A DNA stretch of 25,795 bases from positions 1 through 25,795 of IMG/VR virus record IMGVR_UViG_3300030492_000021. The stretch is one strand, 5' to 3'. The notes under the pieces were generated by a model that was not told the DNA's origin, did no database searches, and saw only the letters and a program-made list of their open reading frames with translations. Origin of the DNA: a virus (taxonomy: Duplodnaviria; Caudoviricetes). Shown in pieces: positions 7,249 through 18,047 of this stretch. Both the position numbers and the translations under genes were made by a program. Every line of letters begins with the position of its first letter. Position 1 is the stretch's first letter.

Positions 7249-10200
7249 ATGAGCGGAGAATTAAGTTTTGTATCGGGTATTGATAACGCCAAAATGAGAA
7301 TGGATGCGAGAGAAACGCAAAATCTAATTTTAGGTGTTGGGAATACTGCTCAGGCTGAATCGGCTAAAATGGAAAACAGTTTTTCAGGAGCCGGCAAAGC
7401 ATTTGCTTTAATTGGTGGGAGTGCTGCAATTGCAATGCTCGGAAAAGAAATACTCGATACAACTGCTAAATTTGAAAAGTTCGGGATTGTTCTTAGAAAT
7501 ACTTTGGGCGATACGAAAGGAGATGCAGCACTTAACATGATTGCAAATTTTGCAGCAACAACTCCGTTCCAATTGGACGAGGTGACGGCTGCATTTATCA
7601 AAATGGCTAATCAGGGTTTTGTTCCTACTCAGGGCGAAATGGTTAAGCTTGGTGATTTGGCAAGTACTACAGGAAAATCGTTCGACCAATTGACAGAAGC
7701 GTTATTGGATGCTCAGACAGGGCAATTTGAAAGACTGAAAGAATTTGGTATCAAAGCAAGCGCCCAGGGCGATAAGGTTACTTTCTCTTTCCGTGAGCAA
7801 AAAACAACCGTTGACAATACCAATTCAGCAATACAAAAATACATTTTATCGCTTGGCGAATTGAAAGGCGTTGCAGGTTCAAATGCTTTAATCTCTGCAA
7901 GTCTTACAGGTGAGTTGTCCAACTTAGAAGATAAGTTTTCTATGATGTTCAATACTATTGGTAGTGGGAACAAAGGAGTACTTTATGAAGGTGTCGGAAT
8001 GGTAACATCTTTGATTGACAACTATGAAATAGTAGGTAAAACTATTCTAGGGTTAGTTGCAATTTATGGGTCTTACAAAGCAGCCGTAATCGTTGCAAAT
8101 GCTGTAAGTGTAATTCAAAAGGAAATTGCAGTTCAACAGATGTTAGCTAATATCGGCAATACAGGTGCAACAATTTCTTTGACAACTGCAGAAGGAATCG
8201 AAGCAGTCGTAAAAAGCCAACTTACTAAAGCTCAGCTAGCCTTAAACGCTTCAATGTTAGCCAACCCCTACGTTATGGCAACGGTTGCCGTTGTCGCTCT
8301 CGGTGTAGGTATTTATGCCTTATCTCAGAACCTAAGCGATGCACAAAAAGCACATGAAAAACTAAATGAAACCTCTAAGAGCATGGAAACATCTGTTCGT
8401 GGGGAAGTAATTCAAGTAGATACACTTTTTGCAAGACTAAAGGCAGCTAAAAAAGGGACAGACGAATACGCATCAGCTAAAGGTGCAATCATGTCGCAAT
8501 ATGGTCAATATTTGAAAGGGTTAGGGAATGAAACAACCGCTTTGAATAATGTTGCTTTAGCTCAAAGAACAATCACTGAGGAAATAATGAAAACAGCACG
8601 TGCAAGAGCTATGACTACTGCAACGGCTGACGCATCCAATAACTTAGCTACTACCCAAGGTGACATAAGCGAAAAAATGAAAAAGCTTATTGACCAAAAA
8701 TTCGGGAAAGATAGCAAGCAGTCACTTGAATTATTCGCAAAACTAAAAGGTGTTATTCAACAGGGTGGTCATGTTAGTGAATCATTCGGGAAGTTATTCG
8801 ATGAAACAGTTTATCAACAACAAGGTCAGTTTGGTGGAACTACTACATACGTGGATAACGAGCTTAAAAACTTACTCACAAAAGCAAAACAAGCGAAAGC
8901 ATTATTCAGCGAAATACAAAAAGATGCAGAAGTTAAGTTTGGTTCTGCTACCACTAAAGACGAAGTAAAAGACAAACCTGTTGTGTCTGAAACTCCGGCA
9001 CAGGCCAAAGCTAGAGAAGCAGCAGAAAGAAAGGCAGCCAATGCAGCAGCTAGAGCAGAAAAAGAAGTTCAGAAAATAAATGATGCAAAACTAAAACTCA
9101 TTGAAGATTCAGCGAATGCAGAATTTAAAGCTGAACAGGCTAAAATAGACAATCAAAATACCATTATATCAATGCAAGAGGACGGTTTTGCTAAGCAGTT
9201 AGCCGTTCTTAATAATCAACACGAACAAAGCAAACTTGACATTAAAAAACGTGCTCAGGAGCTTTTAAAAACAAAATTAGAAGCAGAAAAAGAAACATGG
9301 AAGTCGAACGGAAGTAAAGGTGTTTTTACTCCCTCTACTACCGATATTTCAGGTTTGGGTGCGAATGAGAAAACAGAAATTGCATACACATTGAAATTGT
9401 CCGATGATAAATTTGAATCAGACAAAGCCATTTTAGTAAAATCATTATCAGAAGCTTATCAATCCTTTGACGAAAAAAGGAAAGCTATTGACGAAAAATA
9501 TAATAGAGAGGAAGCTGATTTAAATTTAGCGTTCACAGGTGATACACTTTCTGTAAAACTTAATGAATTAGGGAAACAGCGCAAGTCGGCCATTGAAGCA
9601 AATGACAAAGACGAAGCAGATAGTGTGATGAAAAATACTGATTTGTTCGTTCAGCTATTTGGTGATATGTCCGATAAGTCAATAGAGGATTTACGCAAAA
9701 TATCGAGTGAATCCCAAGAGCTATTTGATTATTTGAAAGCTACAAGCATTCAAGACATTACTCCACATTTCGGACTCTCAGCCGATGAACTGATTTCTTT
9801 AAAATTGGGAAAATCGGAGATGAAAAGTATTGAAGACCAAATCAAGACTTTAAACAATACAGCCGATGGTTTAGAAACAGGGTTCGCGAAAATTGGTACT
9901 GCTTTTAAAAACATATTTTCCGGATCAAGTGAAAAGTCGGCAGGAAAAGCCAAAGTAAAAAGCGGTCAAAATAAGATTGATAGTGGAATACCCGAATTAA
10001 TGAAAGAGGGTACAAACGAGATAGCAATTGGGAACAAAGACCAATTAGATGGGTTAGCAAAAGAGAAAAAAGGGATTGATGATTTGTACAAATCGTTTCA
10101 AGATGTTGCAGGATATGCAAGTCAAGTAACTGGGTTGTTGGATTCAATGTCTACAGAAGAAGGCGATTTTGCTAGCTCTACAGCGAAAAGCGTAAATACT

Positions 10201-11394
10201 GTAATTTCTATTGCTACCAATGCAGCCGGAGCACTTGCAAAAGGTGATTATGTAGGGGCAGCTTTAGCCGTAGTAACAGGAACTTTGACGGCTATTTTCT
10301 CAGCCGAAAAAGCCCACCAAGCAGCATTGAAGAAAATTGCTGATGAAAAGACAGCACAGCAAAAAGAGTACAACGATTTGTTGATGAAGCAAAATGATTT
10401 ACTCGAAACGGCTGTAACAATTTTCGGTACTGATTCGTATGCTCAGGCGCAAGGTTACGCACAAGTCGCAGATAAATACAGGAATGCTTCAAAGAATGCA
10501 ACCGCAGATTTAAGCGGGGCTAAAGTTCAGACCGGTTCACACAAAACAGGTCTGTTTGGTTGGGGTGGAGAAAAAGCTGATTACTCTAGTTTACTTTCTC
10601 AATATCCTGAAATGATTGATTCTCAGGGTAAATTAAATCAGGAGCTTGCACAAACTGTATTGTCTAATCAAACGCTCGATGATGCGAGTAAAAAGGCTTT
10701 ACAATCAGCATTAGACTACTCGAAAGATTATGAAGATGCTTTGAAATCATTGAATGATTACCTGACAAGTGTATTTGGGTCACTCGGTCAAGACATGATG
10801 ACTTCAATAACCGATAACCTGGGCGATGCAAATGGTGCGCTTGACCAATTTGCAGGTAATGCTTCAAAAACAATAGAAAAACTTTTATCGGATATTGCTT
10901 ACTCATTGTACATGGCTGATGATTTTACACAGCTCCAAAACGATGTAAAAAAGGTAATGACTGACAAGAGCCTTACTCCCGCAGAACAGGCAGCTGAGCA
11001 AATTAGACTACAGGGTGATTTTTTTGCAGGAATAGGAACGGATGTAACGGCAGCAAATAAATTCCTTTTGGATAGCAAGGCAGCAGCAGCAAATGCAGGA
11101 TTGACACTTTGGGATAATGTGGCTACAAGAGAAGCAAGCAAAAAAGGGATAGCAACCGCTTCGCAAGAATCAGTTGACGAAAACAATGGTCGGCTTACTT
11201 CTATGAATGGGTTACTTGTTTCGATTGATGAAGGTATAAATATATTGAAAACTACATCGGGCAGCATTTTAGCTAATGTGATTTTGATAAAAGGTGATAC
11301 TGCAAATTTGGGTGATATAAAATCAGATATGGCAGCCGTAAAGCAGGGAATTATTGACATAAACACAAAGGGCATTCTAATAAAAGTAAATTAA
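7249..11394 (+). CDS. Tape measure protein (1381 aa)
   Basis: Long Ala/Leu/Lys-rich helical protein; N-terminal FAATTPFQLDEVT...GQFERLKEFGI tape-measure domain; hydrophobic segments; follows the chaperone. Confidence 0.93.
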   Translation: MSGELSFVSGIDNAKMRMDARETQNLILGVGNTAQAESAKMENSFSGAGKAFALIGGSAAIAMLGKEILDTTAKFEKFGIVLRNTLGDTKGDAALNMIANFAATTPFQLDEVTAAFIKMANQGFVPTQGEMVKLGDLASTTGKSFDQLTEALLDAQTGQFERLKEFGIKASAQGDKVTFSFREQKTTVDNTNSAIQKYILSLGELKGVAGSNALISASLTGELSNLEDKFSMMFNTIGSGNKGVLYEGVGMVTSLIDNYEIVGKTILGLVAIYGSYKAAVIVANAVSVIQKEIAVQQMLANIGNTGATISLTTAEGIEAVVKSQLTKAQLALNASMLANPYVMATVAVVALGVGIYALSQNLSDAQKAHEKLNETSKSMETSVRGEVIQVDTLFARLKAAKKGTDEYASAKGAIMSQYGQYLKGLGNETTALNNVALAQRTITEEIMKTARARAMTTATADASNNLATTQGDISEKMKKLIDQKFGKDSKQSLELFAKLKGVIQQGGHVSESFGKLFDETVYQQQGQFGGTTTYVDNELKNLLTKAKQAKALFSEIQKDAEVKFGSATTKDEVKDKPVVSETPAQAKAREAAERKAANAAARAEKEVQKINDAKLKLIEDSANAEFKAEQAKIDNQNTIISMQEDGFAKQLAVLNNQHEQSKLDIKKRAQELLKTKLEAEKETWKSNGSKGVFTPSTTDISGLGANEKTEIAYTLKLSDDKFESDKAILVKSLSEAYQSFDEKRKAIDEKYNREEADLNLAFTGDTLSVKLNELGKQRKSAIEANDKDEADSVMKNTDLFVQLFGDMSDKSIEDLRKISSESQELFDYLKATSIQDITPHFGLSADELISLKLGKSEMKSIEDQIKTLNNTADGLETGFAKIGTAFKNIFSGSSEKSAGKAKVKSGQNKIDSGIPELMKEGTNEIAIGNKDQLDGLAKEKKGIDDLYKSFQDVAGYASQVTGLLDSMSTEEGDFASSTAKSVNTVISIATNAAGALAKGDYVGAALAVVTGTLTAIFSAEKAHQAALKKIADEKTAQQKEYNDLLMKQNDLLETAVTIFGTDSYAQAQGYAQVADKYRNASKNATADLSGAKVQTGSHKTGLFGWGGEKADYSSLLSQYPEMIDSQGKLNQELAQTVLSNQTLDDASKKALQSALDYSKDYEDALKSLNDYLTSVFGSLGQDMMTSITDNLGDANGALDQFAGNASKTIEKLLSDIAYSLYMADDFTQLQNDVKKVMTDKSLTPAEQAAEQIRLQGDFFAGIGTDVTAANKFLLDSKAAAANAGLTLWDNVATREASKKGIATASQESVDENNGRLTSMNGLLVSIDEGINILKTTSGSILANVILIKGDTANLGDIKSDMAAVKQGIIDINTKGILIKVN

Positions 11395-11395
11395 G

Positions 11396-12223
11396 ATGGG
11401 ACAGTTACTAATTGATGGTATTGATATTGAACAGTTCGGGGTATTCGTTACCGAGGGCGGTTACAAAGGTCTGTTATCCTTCCCCTCTTTGAAAGAACCG
11501 AAGAAAAAGGATTGGGCCGAAAGGGACGGGATAGAAGTTGATTTGTCAGCTCCGAAACTTGACACTAAGAACTTTTCAATATCTTTTGTAGTAAAGACAG
11601 GCGGGAATTTGAACGGTTTTACAGCATTGATTTTTAATGTTGGGTTTCACGTTTTCAATTTTATTGACCTCGGAGTTACTAGAAATTTACGGTTAGTTTC
11701 ATCAACGGATTTTAAGGGTAGCTTTGATTCTATGCAGCTATTCTCAATGGAGTTTGCCGATGATTTTCCTTTGAGTAATTACAATTACGTGTCTCCCGCT
11801 TCTACTAAAATTTCGCAAAGAGGGTACAAGCTTGATCTAAAAGATTTTTCTGAGTATGGAGTTGCAATTTTAGAGGGTACGGATGCTGAGATATTAAAAC
11901 CCTGTTCAATAAAGCCAAATTTGACCGTAAATGTGAAATACTTATCAGGTGTCATTTGCGATGTTGGAAGAGTAGTTCTACAGCATAAAGAAGTAAAATT
12001 GAATTGTCTGATGTTGGCTTCAAACAATTTGGAGTTTTGGAGAAATTACAACTCTCTATTATATGATTTGACAAGGGTAGGGCTACGATACGTGACCTCT
12101 AACGGCATTAGATACCCATGCTACTACAAGTCTTCAAGCGTGTCACAATATGACGGCTTAGGCAAAATTTGGTGTCAGTTTGATTTAGTTTTAGTATTTA
12201 CAAAACAAGGCGTTTCAATATGA
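11396..12223 (+). CDS. Distal tail (Dit-like) protein with internal duplication
   Basis: Directly after the tape measure gene; two similar halves starting LIDGIDIEQFGVFVTEG and KLDLKDFSEYGVAILEG. Confidence 0.7.
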   Translation: MGQLLIDGIDIEQFGVFVTEGGYKGLLSFPSLKEPKKKDWAERDGIEVDLSAPKLDTKNFSISFVVKTGGNLNGFTALIFNVGFHVFNFIDLGVTRNLRLVSSTDFKGSFDSMQLFSMEFADDFPLSNYNYVSPASTKISQRGYKLDLKDFSEYGVAILEGTDAEILKPCSIKPNLTVNVKYLSGVICDVGRVVLQHKEVKLNCLMLASNNLEFWRNYNSLLYDLTRVGLRYVTSNGIRYPCYYKSSSVSQYDGLGKIWCQFDLVLVFTKQGVSI

Positions 12224-15200
12224 AAATTTTTAATAACGAAATAGAGTTAATTGATTTAGTCGTAACAGATGAAAGTTACCGTTACCGTCAGTTAGTCGGA
12301 GAAAACGCATTGACGTTGACATTCTCGATGCCTGTTTTTGTAGACATTCCGGTTAATTCATACGCAGATTTTCAAGGCGAACGATACACTTTGTTGAAAC
12401 CTAAAAACTTCAAGAAAAACAACACAAGGGATTTTGAGTATAATTTGGTTTTACAATCAGCTCAGGGGCTTTCGAGTAAATATAAATATCGTGATTCGAC
12501 TTCAAAAAAATTGAAGTTCCAAAATACTGCAAAACCGATTGCCCATTTAGAAATGTGGGTTTGGAATATGAACCAACGAGATAGTGGGTGGAGTATTGGT
12601 GAGTGCATTGATGCGACCGAAAAGCTTATTTCATTCAGTCATACTTATTGCGATGAAGCGTTGAAAATGATTGCCGAAGCATTCAACACTGAATTTGAAA
12701 TTGTAGGAAAGGTTGTTTCAATCAAAAAGGTAGAATATAATAAAACGATTGCTGATGCTCTACCCCTATCGTATGGCTTTGGTAATGGGTTTAATTCAGG
12801 AATAAAGAGAGATAATTTCGACAATTCAAAAGCTATTGAAATTCTGTTTGTTCAGGGTGGAGATAAAAACATAAATGTTTCTGAGTACGGTTCTGCAGAA
12901 CTTCTTTTGCCTAAAAATCAATCTTTAGTTTACGAAGGTAAAACGTATGTTTCGGACGAGTTCGGTTATTCAATCAGAAGACTTGAAACTGAAAAGCCGT
13001 TAGTAACAAAGATTGAAGATAGTTTGGATTTATCAAACATTTCACCTCAGCGAGTTGGGACTGTTTCGACTGTTACGGTGGTTGATGCTGTAAATAATTT
13101 CTATGATTTTGCAGATGCTTCAATACCCGAAAATCTGAACTATGTTACTTGTTTGATTGCCGGTGAGAAATTGACTGTAATTTTCCAAAGTGGGATATTG
13201 GCGGGAAAAGAATTTGATATTGCCTATACTCATGCAACAAGAAATTTTGCTATCGTTCCGCAAGAAATTGACGGAGTGACAATGCCGAGCGAAATATTTA
13301 AACCTGTTGTAAGCGATACTTATGCAGTGTTTGGTATGTCACTACCCGATGCCTACATTTGCGACAATGCAACGAAGACAGGTAGCTCATGGGACATGTT
13401 CAGGGAAGCAGCTAAATACTTCTATGAAAATGAAGACCCACGTTTTACATTCTCAGGAGAATTGGACGGAATGTGGACCGCTCAGGATTGGGTAAACATT
13501 GGCGGTAAAATCAAACTCGGAGCTTATGCAGGGTTTAGAGATGACCAATTCCAAACGGATGCTGTTCTTATGCGGATGATTGGAATTAGAGATTTGATAA
13601 ACGATCCTTATTCCCCAACTATTGAACTTTCAAACGTAACGGTTGGGGGTAATAGTTTAAGCAGTGCTTTGAAGAAAATTGATTCAAACGAAGTTGTTGC
13701 TGAGTCAATCAAGAAAGATACAATCCGTTTTGCAAAACGTGGGTTCAGAGATGTGAAAGAAGCAAGCGAGTTGCTTAAAAAATCACTTCTAAACTTCTCA
13801 GGTGCTATTAACCCGATTACCGTACAGGCGATGCAGTACATTGCCGGAGATGAAAGTTTACAGTTTGTTTTCGTTACTAACCATACTACAACAAACGAAA
13901 CTCCACACAGCGAAAGTTATGACCCGATAACGAAACAGTTTAGTTCCGCTGTCGGTATTATTCAGCATAGAACTTTAGGTATAACTACCCTTTCAAGTTC
14001 ACATGCTGCAAGTGAGTTCAAGTGGTGGAATATGACTGCTTTTATTTCGGCTAGATTGTCAGAAAGCGAAAAGTCTTATTTCGTATATGCAAAGTGTTCA
14101 AAGACTGCTAATACAGGGGTTTTTGTTTTGTCTGAATCTGCTATTGCACTTGAAGGTGTTGCAGGTTACTATCATTTGCTAATGGGAATTATCAACTCAG
14201 AAAATGAGAATGATAGAAGTTACTCACAAATGTACGGCTACTCAGAGTGGACTCCTGGGCGATTTACAATTAAGAAAGTAGCAAGCCCATCGGGGAATAC
14301 TTTTTTTGATTTGGAAAACGAAGTCATTCAGGGTAATATCAAATTTCAGTCAGGGGTAACGGTTGAAACAGGTATTAGTAACGCAAAATCAGAAGCCGTT
14401 CAACTCGCTTCAAATGATGCTACAACTAAGGCTAATTCTGCAAAAGATACCGCAATAAGTACCGCATCGGCTGATGCAACCACTAAGGCAAATAACGCAA
14501 TTCAAACAGCAAAGGACTATGCAACTGCTGTATCAGAACTCGCAGAGGTAACCGCAAAAGCTCACGCTGACGGCATCGTTACAGCCGAGGAACAACGAGC
14601 TATAGCTGATGCAACGACAAAGGCAAACAATGCTCAGACATCAGCTATTAATGCATCGGCTGCAGATGCAACTAACAAATCAAACGCTGCAATTCAAACT
14701 TCAAAAGAGTATTCTGATTCTAAAGTTGCAGTCATAAATCAAACAATTGCTGATTTACAAACTCAGTCGGACGGGTCAATATCCAATTGGCCTTCTAATA
14801 CTCAATCGGAAGCCCCTACGTTGTCGAATTTTCCTGCGAGTCAGTGGACTTCAAACACCGAACGAGATAGGCATATCATTGATGTGTACACAAATTATCA
14901 GGACTACATTAGTGATGTTCTAACTCCAAATGCGGGTAAAAGTTGGAAGTTCGTAAAATCAGAATCGGGCGTTTATTCATGGTCGCTAATTGCTGATAAT
15001 AACCAATCAAAGGCTTATCTAATGTCGGTGAAAGCTACTGCAATAGCTAACCAAAAGATTACAACGTTTAGCACGATCCCTAACACATTAATGGCTGATG
15101 GCTTTTGTTATCGGAAGGGCGATTTATGGAGTCTACAAGTAGCATGGAACGGGTTTACTATTGGCGAACTTCTTTGTGCTGCACAAGATAGTACGTCATT

Positions 15201-17985
15201 TGTATCAGGTGATTGGACTAAATGGGTGAAATATACTGATGATACTGCTGTAAATAATTTAGTTATAGGTGGTAGAAACTTAATTCGGAACACTCTCACA
15301 GGTGAAGGTTGGAATTGTGAAAGTCACAATAATGGCGAGTTCTCTGTGACTCGTTCTGCAACTTCTGAAACAGGATATATTTATTCTCCTCCTTTTGATT
15401 TGGAAAAAAGAAAAGAATATACAGTTAGTTTCAAATCAAAACAAGTTGGAAATGTAAGTAGTTGTGACTTCTTCATATATAATAACCCGAATATTTTTGC
15501 TTATACAACTGGCTATAATAAGTCAACAGAATATGTAGAAAACAAATTTACTTTTATAGCTGGTAATGCAGATGGGCTAGGACTATCGCAAGTATCATTA
15601 AGATTTGACCATAATGGCGGTGACGGCTCTTCTTCAACAGTTTTTGTTAAGGATATTCAGGTTGAACTTGGGAATGTTGCAACATCCTTTACAATAGCAC
15701 CCGAAGATATTGCACAAGGTATTTTGCTTGCAAAGCAATCAGGGGATAATGCTCAATCAACAGCAGTTACAGCTCAAAATACAGTAAATTCATTGAACGT
15801 TTACGTTGATGGTTCTTTTAAGGATGGTGTAATTTCTCAGTCGGAAGCGCAGGCAATTGAAAAATATAAAAATCAGGTAACTAAGGACTTTAACGACCTA
15901 GTTGCAGGGTATAATGTTATTTATTCTAATTCGTACCTTGTTGGAAGTGCTAAAACCGATTTACTTAATGCGAAAGTTACAATGGCAGGGGCAAAAGATA
16001 ATCTATTAGCTTCGATAAATAGTGCAATTGCCGACGGGAAAACTACCGTATCAGAGAAAGCAGATGTTGACAATAAATATTCTGCTTGGGATTCGTCCTT
16101 TTCGTCTTACAAGAGCAAATTAGAATTGGCAAATAAGTCAATACAGGTTAATTTAGATAATCTATCCAATAGTGCTGCAGCTACTGCAAAAGATACCGCA
16201 ATAAGTACCGCATCGGCTGATGCAACCACTAAGGCAAACGCATCAACAGCTGTAGCTAACGCAGCTCAAATAACTGCAAATACAGTAAAAGATAAAATAG
16301 ATAACTTACAAATTGGGACTGTAAACTTAGTGTCTAAATCTAGGGTTAACTCGCAAGGTGTAGATGTAAATGGATATTTTTATAGAACAATAAATGTTTC
16401 CGAAAATTATATTATTCCGTATTTTGATTTTAAAGAAGCAGGGACTTATACACTTGTATTTAATGCTAAGAAAACTGCAAATGTTATTGCTAGTCGACTA
16501 TTTATTATGCCTCCGGGATGGAATGGTTCAACTTCTTTAATTTTATATGTTGGAAATTCAGGAATACAAACTTCCGATTCTAAGATAACTTTCACATTCC
16601 AAGTTACATCTGAGCAACTAGGTAAGGATGCCTATGTTCGTATTGATAATGACGGTACTACTGATGGTCAAAACGGCACTATATATGTTAAGGACATAAT
16701 GATTGTAAAAGGGAATGTTGTTCCACAATCATATACAGAAGCCCCCGAAGATACGCAAGCAAAATTCACCGCTCTCGATTATTTAAAATTGGCATTCGGT
16801 GGAAGTACTGAGATAATAGGCGGTGTAGTTGCAGCTAATGTAATGTTGCTTAAAAACTTACAAGGAGCTATAACAGCGGGTATTAGTGGGCTGAATGATA
16901 ATGTATCATTTTGGCATGGTGGGACATATCAGAATGCGCTTGACTCAGCAAACAATCCTTCTGCTGTTTCGGGAATAGACCGGGACGATGGAAGCGGACA
17001 CCGAGCAAAAGGCAAATTACTTTGGACAAAAGAAGGTGTATTAAAAATGCTTGCGGGATTCATTGGAAATTTTGCAATTATTGGTGGTCGTATCGTTGGA
17101 AAGGACACATCGGGAAATGAAAAGTTAGTTCTATCAACTGATAATATTCCTGATATTGATAGTCTTAGTGCAGGTTATACAAATTGCTATTATAATGACC
17201 ATTCAGAAATTACAGATGGTATAATGTATCAATTTACATTTTTTGGGGGTGATGAATATGGAAATCTAAAAAATTCAGATTATGGTATTGAGTCTGCTGA
17301 GTTTGAAGTTCCGTACGCCACAACTGTAAAGTTTGACCGTAACATAGCAGGTTCTTATTATTGGAATTATGGTTCTGAGTATATTAATAATGCTTGGTTT
17401 GTGACTAATGCTAAGGTATATAAAAATGGAATTTACGTTCAGGACTTAGCAGTAGGTGGTGTAATGACCGTATCATCTGCTTGTACGCTTAGGTTTGACA
17501 TATACACTGACATGAGTGTTGCTATTGATTATAATCAATCTGCAGGGTGTAATGTTACAGTTGATATTGCAACTGCAATATCATTTCAAGAAGCAAGGAG
17601 CAAAACGGAACTTGGGAGTAATGGATTCTATTCTTTTTTTACCAACGCATTAGTGTTTTATATTAGTGCTACGAGAGGGTTTATATATAAAGGGAAGATT
17701 GATATTCCTATAGGGCTAGGCGGTGGAAATGTAGGTTCGGGTGGATCATATACACAAGGTTGGGGGTTAGCTTATTCAACGTCTAGGTCGGGAGCAACTA
17801 CAACAATTAATCATAATGTGATTGACCCTAAATTTACGGTTATTATAGTCCCTAGAAATTCATTTACATGGTATCTCTCTGCAACAACCGCTTCTTCGTC
17901 TACCACGTCAAACAACGGTACGGCAACAATTGTATGTTCAACTACTAATGCTATATTTGACTTTTTAATAGTCCGTATTTCGTAA
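12220..17985 (+). CDS. Tail tip/host-specificity protein (1921 aa): N-terminal hub region, ADATTKAN-type coiled repeats, two carbohydrate-binding-like modules, C-terminal receptor-binding region
   Basis: ATGA overlap with Dit; repeated ADATTKAN; two modules of form NL.IG..NL...YT.SF...DI....GN....APED. Confidence 0.85.
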   Translation: MKIFNNEIELIDLVVTDESYRYRQLVGENALTLTFSMPVFVDIPVNSYADFQGERYTLLKPKNFKKNNTRDFEYNLVLQSAQGLSSKYKYRDSTSKKLKFQNTAKPIAHLEMWVWNMNQRDSGWSIGECIDATEKLISFSHTYCDEALKMIAEAFNTEFEIVGKVVSIKKVEYNKTIADALPLSYGFGNGFNSGIKRDNFDNSKAIEILFVQGGDKNINVSEYGSAELLLPKNQSLVYEGKTYVSDEFGYSIRRLETEKPLVTKIEDSLDLSNISPQRVGTVSTVTVVDAVNNFYDFADASIPENLNYVTCLIAGEKLTVIFQSGILAGKEFDIAYTHATRNFAIVPQEIDGVTMPSEIFKPVVSDTYAVFGMSLPDAYICDNATKTGSSWDMFREAAKYFYENEDPRFTFSGELDGMWTAQDWVNIGGKIKLGAYAGFRDDQFQTDAVLMRMIGIRDLINDPYSPTIELSNVTVGGNSLSSALKKIDSNEVVAESIKKDTIRFAKRGFRDVKEASELLKKSLLNFSGAINPITVQAMQYIAGDESLQFVFVTNHTTTNETPHSESYDPITKQFSSAVGIIQHRTLGITTLSSSHAASEFKWWNMTAFISARLSESEKSYFVYAKCSKTANTGVFVLSESAIALEGVAGYYHLLMGIINSENENDRSYSQMYGYSEWTPGRFTIKKVASPSGNTFFDLENEVIQGNIKFQSGVTVETGISNAKSEAVQLASNDATTKANSAKDTAISTASADATTKANNAIQTAKDYATAVSELAEVTAKAHADGIVTAEEQRAIADATTKANNAQTSAINASAADATNKSNAAIQTSKEYSDSKVAVINQTIADLQTQSDGSISNWPSNTQSEAPTLSNFPASQWTSNTERDRHIIDVYTNYQDYISDVLTPNAGKSWKFVKSESGVYSWSLIADNNQSKAYLMSVKATAIANQKITTFSTIPNTLMADGFCYRKGDLWSLQVAWNGFTIGELLCAAQDSTSFVSGDWTKWVKYTDDTAVNNLVIGGRNLIRNTLTGEGWNCESHNNGEFSVTRSATSETGYIYSPPFDLEKRKEYTVSFKSKQVGNVSSCDFFIYNNPNIFAYTTGYNKSTEYVENKFTFIAGNADGLGLSQVSLRFDHNGGDGSSSTVFVKDIQVELGNVATSFTIAPEDIAQGILLAKQSGDNAQSTAVTAQNTVNSLNVYVDGSFKDGVISQSEAQAIEKYKNQVTKDFNDLVAGYNVIYSNSYLVGSAKTDLLNAKVTMAGAKDNLLASINSAIADGKTTVSEKADVDNKYSAWDSSFSSYKSKLELANKSIQVNLDNLSNSAAATAKDTAISTASADATTKANASTAVANAAQITANTVKDKIDNLQIGTVNLVSKSRVNSQGVDVNGYFYRTINVSENYIIPYFDFKEAGTYTLVFNAKKTANVIASRLFIMPPGWNGSTSLILYVGNSGIQTSDSKITFTFQVTSEQLGKDAYVRIDNDGTTDGQNGTIYVKDIMIVKGNVVPQSYTEAPEDTQAKFTALDYLKLAFGGSTEIIGGVVAANVMLLKNLQGAITAGISGLNDNVSFWHGGTYQNALDSANNPSAVSGIDRDDGSGHRAKGKLLWTKEGVLKMLAGFIGNFAIIGGRIVGKDTSGNEKLVLSTDNIPDIDSLSAGYTNCYYNDHSEITDGIMYQFTFFGGDEYGNLKNSDYGIESAEFEVPYATTVKFDRNIAGSYYWNYGSEYINNAWFVTNAKVYKNGIYVQDLAVGGVMTVSSACTLRFDIYTDMSVAIDYNQSAGCNVTVDIATAISFQEARSKTELGSNGFYSFFTNALVFYISATRGFIYKGKIDIPIGLGGGNVGSGGSYTQGWGLAYSTSRSGATTTINHNVIDPKFTVIIVPRNSFTWYLSATTASSSTTSNNGTATIVCSTTNAIFDFLIVRIS
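14438..14492 (+). repeat. 55-bp perfect direct repeat, copy 1
   Basis: CTGCAAAAGATACCGCAATAAGTACCGCATCGGCTGATGCAACCACTAAGGCAAA, identical to 16184-16238. Confidence 0.95.
16184..16238 (+). repeat. 55-bp perfect direct repeat, copy 2
   Basis: Identical to 14438-14492; offset 1746 bp (582 codons, same frame). Confidence 0.95.
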
Positions 17986-17993
17986 GTGTAGAC

Positions 17994-18028
17994 AAAAAAA
18001 AGGGTTGGAACTATCCAACCCTTTTTTT
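17994..18028. terminator. Bidirectional rho-independent terminator
   Basis: A8-GGGTTGGA-acta-TCCAACCC-T7 between the convergent tail tip gene and lipoprotein gene. Confidence 0.9.
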
Positions 18029-18047
18029 AATCATTTTTGAAATTGTA

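Noticed and set aside
7350-11375. Antisense and alternate-frame ORFs inside the tape measure and other structural genes (e.g. 10899..11375, 1519..1812, 18725..19042, 20033..20338)
   Set aside because: Fully nested in strong genes, with Ser/Phe/Ala-rich shadow composition and no promoter or motif support
16800-17985. Diversity-generating retroelement or invertible cassette acting on the tail-tip C-terminus
   Set aside because: No reverse transcriptase or invertase, no template/variable repeat pair differing at adenines and no inverted alternative C-termini seen here; the 55-bp repeat is exact. Components outside the window cannot be excluded
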